Source of the DNA: Anabaena subtropica FACHB-260
GTDB lineage: Bacteria; Cyanobacteriota; Cyanobacteriia; Cyanobacteriales; Nostocaceae
DNA length: 32,000 nucleotides
Assembly: GCF_014697105.1 (NCBI RefSeq)
Contig: NZ_JACJRF010000001.1
Location: forward strand, 231,020-263,019
Direction: 5' to 3'
The notes under the pieces were generated by a model that had not been told where the DNA came from, did no database searches, and worked only from the letters and a program-made list of their open reading frames with translations. How positions within the stretch are numbered: position 1 is the first letter of the stretch; each line of letters starts with the position of its first letter. The translations under genes and the position numbers were made by a program. Positions 25,374 through 32,000 of this stretch are shown here, piece after piece.

Positions 25374-25574
25374 CGTTGACCCCCACCAATGTCAGCGAAG
25401 AATGATAATGTGCGCTTGACTTGGTTCTGATTTGATCATAACGGCATCGCTTCATATTATTTGAGATGACCACATATCGCATATCTCCAGAACAAGCAAG
25501 TTCGTAGTCAGGACTTTAGTCCTTTTTATTCCCCTCTTATCATGGAAACTAAGCCTGTCATCTAAAATTAAGCA

Positions 25575-26759
25575 ATGCTCACCCTTATTAAAGACTTAGC
25601 CACAAAACTAGCGCCTCGCCTCGTTGAGATTCGTCGTCACATCCACTCTCATCCAGAACTTAGCGGTCAAGAATATCAAACTGCTGCCTTTGTGGCTGGT
25701 GTCTTATCTTCTAGTGGTCTGCGTGTACAAGAAGGTGTCGGTAAAACAGGTGTAGTTGGTGAATTACAAGTTACTAGTAAAAATCAGAGTTTCTTGGCAA
25801 TTCGCACAGATATGGATGCTTTACCCATTCAAGAACGTACTGGGTTGGAATATGCTTCTCGGACAGAAGGGGTGATGCACGCTTGTGGTCACGATATTCA
25901 CACTACTGTTGGTTTGGGGGCAGCCATGATACTGTCTCAGATGACAGAGGAGTTAGGCGGAAATGTGCGGTTTTTGTTCCAGCCTGCGGAAGAAATTGCT
26001 CAAGGTGCAAGCTGGATGGTAGCAGATGGAGCAATGAAAGACGTTTCCGCTATTTTAGGTATTCATGTTTTCCCTTCGATTCCGGCTGGCTCTATTGGGG
26101 TACGTTACGGGGCTTTAACGGCGGCGGCTGATGATTTAGAAATTGTGATTATCGGCGAATCTGGACATGGTGCGCGTCCCCATGAGGCGGTTGATGCGAT
26201 TTGGATTGCGGCACAAGTAATTACTAACTTGCAGCAAGCCATTAGCCGTACCCATAACCCCTTACGTCCTGTGGTGTTATCTATTGGGAAAATTACTGGT
26301 GGGCGAGCGCCGAATGTAATCGCTGATAAAGTACAGTTATTGGGAACAGTGCGATCGCTCCACCCAGAAACCCGCACTCAACTTCCCAACTGGATTGAAA
26401 AAATTGTCGCCAATGTCTGCAATTCTTACGGAGCGCGTTATCAAGTCAATTATCGTCAAGGTGTCCCTGGTGTATACAATGATTATGCCCTGACTCAGTT
26501 GTTTCAATCAGTAGGTGAAGAAGCTTGGAATAGCGATCGCGTCCAGGTATTACCAGAACCTTCCTTAGGCGCGGAAGACTTTTCCATATATTTGGAACAC
26601 GCCCCTGGTTCGATGTTTCGTTTGGGTGTAGGCTACCCTGACCGAATTATTAATTATCCCTTACATCACCCAGAATTTGAAGTAGATGAATCTGCAATCA
26701 TTACAGGCGTTGTGACGATGGCTTACGCTGCTTATAAATATCTTTTAAGGATAAACTAA
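25575..26759 (+). CDS. M20-family amidohydrolase (N-acyl-L-amino acid amidohydrolase / hippurate hydrolase type)
   Basis: IRRHIHSHPELSGQE, MHACGHDIHT, FQPAEE and GESGHGARPH are typical metal and catalytic motifs of the M20D group. Confidence 0.85.
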   Translation: MLTLIKDLATKLAPRLVEIRRHIHSHPELSGQEYQTAAFVAGVLSSSGLRVQEGVGKTGVVGELQVTSKNQSFLAIRTDMDALPIQERTGLEYASRTEGVMHACGHDIHTTVGLGAAMILSQMTEELGGNVRFLFQPAEEIAQGASWMVADGAMKDVSAILGIHVFPSIPAGSIGVRYGALTAAADDLEIVIIGESGHGARPHEAVDAIWIAAQVITNLQQAISRTHNPLRPVVLSIGKITGGRAPNVIADKVQLLGTVRSLHPETRTQLPNWIEKIVANVCNSYGARYQVNYRQGVPGVYNDYALTQLFQSVGEEAWNSDRVQVLPEPSLGAEDFSIYLEHAPGSMFRLGVGYPDRIINYPLHHPEFEVDESAIITGVVTMAYAAYKYLLRIN

Positions 26760-26781
26760 ACATTTATTACGGAAATTGCCA

Positions 26782-27552
26782 ATGCAACTTCTTGAATTCC
26801 CCAGTATTGCCATCATTGCCGGAGAAAATGCTGTTCCTGTTGCTCAACTACCCACTGTGTGGCAAGACATTGCTAAGGGTACAGCTAACGTCGGACTCTG
26901 CAATCCCCAAATTTATCTTGAGATGGCACAGTTGTTCTTATACAAGTTAGAACAGGGTGATGTTGACTTGTTTAATGAACGTCCAGAATTAACCCACCTC
27001 AAGCCCTCATTTTGTCAGTTATTTGGACAATTAGCACGAGAAACTCTTGAGTTCTACGGTTATGATTTCATGACTCATAACTATCCCAACTTTGAAGAAA
27101 TTCTGCGGGATGTGGCATCTCAGGATGCTGATTACTCGAAAGTTGCCCGAATTGGCTTAGAACTCTTCCAAGAGTTTGGTTATGAACTACCAGCTAGTTT
27201 CTATCATGTGCATCTAGCGCCAATTTACCGAGATCACGTATTTGAAGAACGCGCCCTGAGATTTGACAAGCGCGACATCGAACATAAACGTTCTTGGGAT
27301 GCTATACTCCATGCTGGCAAAGTATTTGCCATGCAAATGAAAGTGCAGAGTATCGCCTCCAAATACGGTTTTACTTACCAGCATGGTTGTGGTTGTAACT
27401 CTCACCTATCTTCAATTGATGAATCTCGCGGCGTCTTTGCTTATGAACTGAGCCAAGAAAAACGCGATCGCTGGATTCGCAGTTTTATCTGGACTGCTTG
27501 GTATGAGTATGCCTTTTTCCCCATTGTGCCAAATACAACTTATCTAGTTTAA
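26782..27552 (+). CDS. Hypothetical protein, no recognised domain
   Basis: ORF 26776-27552, ATG at 26782, 22 nt after the M20 stop. Soluble-looking 256 aa with a HGCGCNSH stretch. Confidence 0.55.
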   Translation: MQLLEFPSIAIIAGENAVPVAQLPTVWQDIAKGTANVGLCNPQIYLEMAQLFLYKLEQGDVDLFNERPELTHLKPSFCQLFGQLARETLEFYGYDFMTHNYPNFEEILRDVASQDADYSKVARIGLELFQEFGYELPASFYHVHLAPIYRDHVFEERALRFDKRDIEHKRSWDAILHAGKVFAMQMKVQSIASKYGFTYQHGCGCNSHLSSIDESRGVFAYELSQEKRDRWIRSFIWTAWYEYAFFPIVPNTTYLV

Positions 27553-27623
27553 GAATATGGGGATATTATCTATAGGCATCCGATTTGATTCTTGAAAAAG
27601 TAACCTACTCTTGAAGCTTAAGT

Positions 27624-27648
27624 GTTGGGTGGGAATCGCCTACCCAAC
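27624..27648 (+). terminator. Stem-loop downstream of 26782-27552 (weak terminator candidate)
   Basis: 10-bp stem GTTGGGTGGG / CCTACCCAAC with one G-U pair and a 5-nt loop. Only a short T-stretch follows. Confidence 0.4.
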
Positions 27649-28070
27649 TCGTATTTCCCAAATCAAACTTTTAGCCAGACGCTCATGTGATAACTCACAC
27701 AACAAGGATATGAAAATCTCACTTCTTTAGGCTCTAGACCTATTTTCATTGCTATTAAAATTTTATTGATAAATCTTGCTGAAGGAGTATAAATTTTTAA
27801 TAAACATACTACTATATTTTCAGTAATAGGAAATATTTTAACCAGTCCCTAATATAATAGCAATTTTCAAAAATAATAAGGCGGATGGATGCCCAAAAGC
27901 TAGATACAGAGGGGAATTTGCAGTCCAAAATCTAAAATGTTATAAGATTTAACAATTACATCATCTAATAAATTTGTAGCTAATTATCTGCCTTCCTTTG
28001 TCTTTCAATCTCCACCTCAATCCGCCAATTTTTACGCAAACATGAAATTAAAATAGGCAAAAACTTAACT

Positions 28071-29570
28071 ATGAATACTGAAATCAGATTGCAACAAAAT
28101 GTCCAGAACGAAAACTCATCCCATGACGCAACTGACGAGCAATTGCAAACAGAAGAAAATATCTTCCAATGGACAAAGCAGTGGTATCCAGTAGCAGTAG
28201 TAGAGTATCTTGATCCTAGTCGTCCCCATGCCATGCAATTATTAGGCAAGGATATTGTCTTGTGGCGGGATGCTTCTGCTCAATGGCGATGCTTTGAAGA
28301 TTTTTGTCCCCATCGACTTGTACCCCTTTCAGAAGGTCGAGTCGAAGCCGATGGTACAATTTTATGTGCTTATCATGCTTGGCGCTTTGATGCTCAAGGA
28401 AATTGTGTGAGTATGCCCCAGTCTGAAAATGAACAGACTATGGCTAAGAACTGTGAAAATCAGAAATCCTGTGCAGTAGTTTATCCTACCCAAGAACGCC
28501 AGGGGCTATTGTGGGTATGGGCTGAAGCTGGAGAAGAAGCCAAGGTAGAAAGCCAATTGCAGACACCGCGTCTTGTGACTGAATTAGAAGATAACTCAGA
28601 TAAGGTAGTGAAATCCTTTTGGAACTTCCGCGATGTGCCTTATGGATGGGACTATTTCATGGAAAATGTCTCAGACCCAGCCCATGTACCAGTTTCCCAT
28701 CACGGGATTATAGGCGATCGCTACAAGGATGCTAAATACTACGATATGATTCCTGTACGCAACATATCCACTCAAGATGGGTTCGCTTTTGAAATTCAAC
28801 CAACACAAGGCAATATAGTCAAGGCAATTCACGATTTTCAACCACCTTGTTACATGAAAATTGTCTCCACCTCTCAAGATGGTGGACAGTTAATATTAGC
28901 GTTGTATGCTACACCAACCCGTCCTGGGTGGTGTCGTCATATTGGTTGCCAAGTTTTCGTCAAAAATTCCCAAGGAAAGAAACCCCAAGGATTATCTTTC
29001 TTTGGACTACCACTACCTACTTGGTTGGGTCATGTGTTAGCATCCTTATTCCTGCACCAAGATGTGGTATTTCTGCATTACCAAGAAAAGATTATTGCTC
29101 AGAGAAGAAAGGGTAAATGGCTAGATGCTGTGTATACACCAAATCCTCAAGACAAGATGGTAATTACATTGCGTAAGTGGCTGGAGAAACGAGCTGGTGG
29201 TGGTATACCTTGGGCAGAAGGATATAGCAGCGACATACCTCAAGCTGAAGCAGATAAGCAGAAGTTGTTTGATGTGTGGACAACCCATACTCAAAATTGC
29301 ACAGTTTGCCAAAATGCCTTGAAAAATATCAATCGCCTGACTGTATCAGCTTATGTGGCTGCTGCTATGTGCTTGTTTCTGGCAGTGATTTTAGATGCAA
29401 GAACTGTAGCAGTACAAGCTGCGTTGGGTGCATCTGTATTCACTATTCCGCCGATGGAATTTTGGTTAGCCCTTGGGGGTGGGATCTTGTTGGCAGTAGT
29501 AGGATACCAACTAAAAAGGTTCAGTCGGCTATTTTATGTCTACGAATTTGAACACGCCCGTAATGATTGA
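28071..29570 (+). CDS. Rieske [2Fe-2S] non-heme iron oxygenase, PaO/Tic55 family
   Basis: Rieske CPHRLVPLSEG...CAYHAWRF, mononuclear iron site DPAHVPVSHH, the family-typical C-terminal CxxC (NCTVCQ) and two C-terminal TM helices. Confidence 0.85.
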   Translation: MNTEIRLQQNVQNENSSHDATDEQLQTEENIFQWTKQWYPVAVVEYLDPSRPHAMQLLGKDIVLWRDASAQWRCFEDFCPHRLVPLSEGRVEADGTILCAYHAWRFDAQGNCVSMPQSENEQTMAKNCENQKSCAVVYPTQERQGLLWVWAEAGEEAKVESQLQTPRLVTELEDNSDKVVKSFWNFRDVPYGWDYFMENVSDPAHVPVSHHGIIGDRYKDAKYYDMIPVRNISTQDGFAFEIQPTQGNIVKAIHDFQPPCYMKIVSTSQDGGQLILALYATPTRPGWCRHIGCQVFVKNSQGKKPQGLSFFGLPLPTWLGHVLASLFLHQDVVFLHYQEKIIAQRRKGKWLDAVYTPNPQDKMVITLRKWLEKRAGGGIPWAEGYSSDIPQAEADKQKLFDVWTTHTQNCTVCQNALKNINRLTVSAYVAAAMCLFLAVILDARTVAVQAALGASVFTIPPMEFWLALGGGILLAVVGYQLKRFSRLFYVYEFEHARND

Positions 29571-29577
29571 TATCAAG

Positions 29578-29608
29578 TCCGGCTAATTACTGACAATGGT
29601 TAGCCGGA
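29578..29608. terminator. Hairpin between convergent genes
   Basis: 9-bp stem TCCGGCTAA (29578-29586) / TTAGCCGGA (29600-29608), followed by TGTTTGT. It lies between the oxygenase stop and the thrS stop. Confidence 0.5.
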
Positions 29609-29737
29609 TGTTTGTGGCGAAATCGCCCTTATCCTCGCTTTTTTCAAGGATAACTAACAACTGAAACGCACAACGCAGTCAAGATATCGAAAGAAGTAGC
29701 TGAGGATACTATGACTTATGACTTAGCCTGCTAATTG

Positions 29738-31585
29738 TTAGAAGTTATCGAAGTTAGCGATCGCATTCTTCATCTTCTCCACCACTTCATCTACAGCTAT
29801 AGCGCCTAACTCCCCAGAAGCGCGGGTACGGATGCTTAAGGAGTTAGTTTCAACCTCCTTAGCTCCGACCACCGCCATAACTGGTATTTTATCTTTCTCA
29901 GCATTGCGGATGAGTTTACCCAAGCGATCGCCACTAGTATCAACTTCTGCCCGAATACCCAAAGCCCGCATCTTTGCTGCTACCTCTTTGGTAAAGTCTA
30001 ACTGTACTTCGCCTACAGGTAGCAATCTCGCTTGCACTGGTGCTAACCATAAAGGGAAATCCCCTGCATACTCTTCAATTAAGATCCCAATCAACCGTTC
30101 TAGAGAACCAAAAGGTGCGCGGTGAATCATCACTGGACGTTTGCGGGAACCATCTTCGGCGACGTATTCTAAATCAAAGCGTTCAGGTAAGTTGTAATCT
30201 ACCTGGACAGTTCCTAATTGCCACTCTCTCTCTAGAGCATCGCTGACAATGAAGTCTAATTTAGGCCCATAGAATGCTGCTTCCCCTATACCTTCAAAGT
30301 GATCCATCCCCAAGGTTTCAACTGCACGGCGAATAGCATTTTCGGCTTGGTTCCAAGCTTCATCTGAACCAATGTATTTGTCGCTAGCTGGATCACGGAA
30401 ACTGAGTCTCGCTTTAAAACTGCCTAATTTTAAAGTCTTAATCACCGACAATATCAAATCTACGACGTTGAGAAATTCTTCATCTAACTGTTCTGGTGTG
30501 ACAAATATATGAGCATCATCTTGAGTAAAGCCACGTACACGGGTTAAGCCCCCCAATTCCCCAGATTGTTCATAGCGGTAAACCGTGCCGAATTCCGCTA
30601 ATCTCATAGGCAGATCCCGATATGAGCGTAACTCACTCTTATATATTTGAATATGAAAAGGGCAGTTCATTGCTTTGAGAACAAAGCCTTGTTCCTGTGC
30701 TGCTGCTTTTTCATCCTCTGCCATCATAGGAAACAGATCATCTTTATATTTCTGCCAATGTCCAGAGGTTTTAAATAAATCAACTCTGCCAATGTGGGGA
30801 GTCACAACCTGCTGGTAGCCACGCTTGATCTGTTCCTGCTTGAGATAGTCTTCTAAAATACTGCGTAACAAAGTACCTTTGGGTGTCCACAAAGGTAAAC
30901 CAGGCCCTACTTGCTCAGAAAAGATAAATAATCCCAGTTCTTTACCAAGTTTGCGGTGGTCACGCCGTAAGGCTTCTTCTTTCCGCCGCTTATACTCAGC
31001 CAGTTGTTCTGGAGCTTCCCAAGCAGTAGCATAAATACGTTGCAGTTGGGCTTTGGTTTCATCTCCACGCCAATAAGCACCCGCCACACTTTCCAATTCA
31101 ATGGCTTTGGGGTTTAATTCTTTGGTGTTTTCTACATGAGGCCCGGCGCACAAATCCCACCACTCATTGCCCAAGTGGTAAATGGTAATCGGTTCTTCTT
31201 TAATATCTGCCAGGATTTCTAATTTATAAGGTTCCTTGATTTCCTGAATGCGCTTTTGGGCTTCTTCGCGGCTAACTTCTTCCCGAATTACTGGTAGTTT
31301 GCGATTAATAATTTTCACCATCTCTTTTTGGATGGCTTTGAGATCCTTGTCAGTAAATGGCTCTGGATTGTCAAAGTCATAATAAAATCCATTCTCAATC
31401 CAAGGGCCGATTGTAACTTGCGCCTTGGGGAACAGCTTCTGCACTGCCATTGCCATCACATGGGAAGCGGTGTGGCGAATCTTTTTTAATGACTCTGATT
31501 CGCTGGTACGAGGTAAATAGATTTTTTCAGGTTGTTCTGGCTGATTGTTGGGGTCTTGATTAGGCGACATCGGCTGCTGAACCAT
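29738..31585 (-). CDS. thrS: Threonine--tRNA ligase
   Basis: Editing-domain HxxxH (RHTASH) and CxxxH (CAGPH), class II catalytic core (FRDP-like region, GFTQDDAHIF, RAPFGSLERL) and a C-terminal anticodon-binding domain. Confidence 0.92.
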   Translation of the reverse strand: MVQQPMSPNQDPNNQPEQPEKIYLPRTSESESLKKIRHTASHVMAMAVQKLFPKAQVTIGPWIENGFYYDFDNPEPFTDKDLKAIQKEMVKIINRKLPVIREEVSREEAQKRIQEIKEPYKLEILADIKEEPITIYHLGNEWWDLCAGPHVENTKELNPKAIELESVAGAYWRGDETKAQLQRIYATAWEAPEQLAEYKRRKEEALRRDHRKLGKELGLFIFSEQVGPGLPLWTPKGTLLRSILEDYLKQEQIKRGYQQVVTPHIGRVDLFKTSGHWQKYKDDLFPMMAEDEKAAAQEQGFVLKAMNCPFHIQIYKSELRSYRDLPMRLAEFGTVYRYEQSGELGGLTRVRGFTQDDAHIFVTPEQLDEEFLNVVDLILSVIKTLKLGSFKARLSFRDPASDKYIGSDEAWNQAENAIRRAVETLGMDHFEGIGEAAFYGPKLDFIVSDALEREWQLGTVQVDYNLPERFDLEYVAEDGSRKRPVMIHRAPFGSLERLIGILIEEYAGDFPLWLAPVQARLLPVGEVQLDFTKEVAAKMRALGIRAEVDTSGDRLGKLIRNAEKDKIPVMAVVGAKEVETNSLSIRTRASGELGAIAVDEVVEKMKNAIANFDNF

Positions 31586-32000
31586 TAGCGAAGTGACTGC
31601 AAGAATAATTTATCAATTGAAGTTCTTAAAATCTACCCAAATATAACATGGGCTTATGTTCCTGCTGCGTCAGCATTTCCTTGTTACCAAGCTGCTTTGG
31701 CATCAAGCAGGAATATGGGGCTAAAGATTGTCTGAGATTTTTTCATTGTAATCAAAACAGCCGATTGACTTCTTGTCGTCAACTCTGAGATGGGGGAGTG
31801 CTGAGTAAGTAGTCCATTGTCAATCGTCCCAGTTTTTCCCTCCCACTCACTGTCTTAAGTAGTTGCCGAGAATATTTTTGTATTTATTTTTACAGAAAAG
31901 ATTAAATAATTCTTTAGAGATAGCATATAGTAATGTTAAGAAACGTAAATAGAGTTAATATTAATAAAGAAATTAGAAGTATCCCTCTCATTTATGTCAG

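Noticed and set aside
27980-28249. Minus-strand 89-aa ORF overlapping the start of the Rieske oxygenase gene.
   Set aside because: It overlaps a motif-supported CDS and an AT-rich promoter region, and it has no recognisable features.
31648-31788. 46-aa Cys-rich plus-strand ORF (MGLCSCCVSISLLPSCFGIK...) upstream of thrS.
   Set aside because: It lies in the presumed thrS promoter/leader, has no SD and no regular Cys spacing. It coincides with an inverted repeat (TTCCTGCT...AGCAGGAA) that explains part of the sequence, so it is probably chance.
1-32000. tRNA, rRNA, transposase, integrase or phage genes as markers of mobility.
   Set aside because: I found no cloverleaf-like GTTCGAATC-type T-arm contexts in the intergenic regions and no ORFs with DDE, tyrosine or serine recombinase motifs. 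Absence by eye is not proof, so tRNAscan and ISfinder searches would settle it.

Overview
This window is chromosomal DNA from a HIP1-rich (GCGATCGC) cyanobacterium, most likely a filamentous Nostoc/Anabaena-type genome. Support for that: heptameric STRR-like repeats at gene borders, hairpin-type small dispersed repeats, and ndhD, a Psb32-like gene and a PaO-type Rieske oxygenase. Positions ~6700-32000 are mainly housekeeping genes: thrB, ndhD, dacB, murE, dapB, cobH, thrS, an M20 amidohydrolase and a DUF948/YtxH stress-protein trio.

Two regions stand out.

(1) Positions 1 to ~6400 are a clearly AT-richer, HIP1-poor block. It holds a tightly packed operon: a leuC-like/leuD-like dehydratase pair, an HlyD adaptor, an MFS transporter and a GlcG/DUF336 protein. 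A clean terminator closes the operon, and a sucrase/ferredoxin-like gene follows. This is a candidate acquired small-molecule biosynthesis and export module whose 5' part lies outside the window.

(2) Positions 12822-16013 encode an NLR-like STAND protein: an N-terminal helical module, a Q/N/G-rich linker, an NB-ARC NTPase and ten near-identical 42-aa TPR units. A single in-frame TGA splits the gene, and a hairpin repeat is inserted in frame within the NB-ARC domain. A 21-bp tandem array and a ~200-bp palindromic repeat element lie downstream.

Other notable points:
- a sensor kinase whose H-box histidine codon is Gln (CAA);
- an untracked 52-aa Cys-rich ORF whose stop overlaps the dacB stop;
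- a small dispersed repeat flanked by a perfect 12-bp duplication.

No rRNA, tRNA, CRISPR array, transposase or integrase was recognised. All homology calls come from motif recognition by eye, not from searches.
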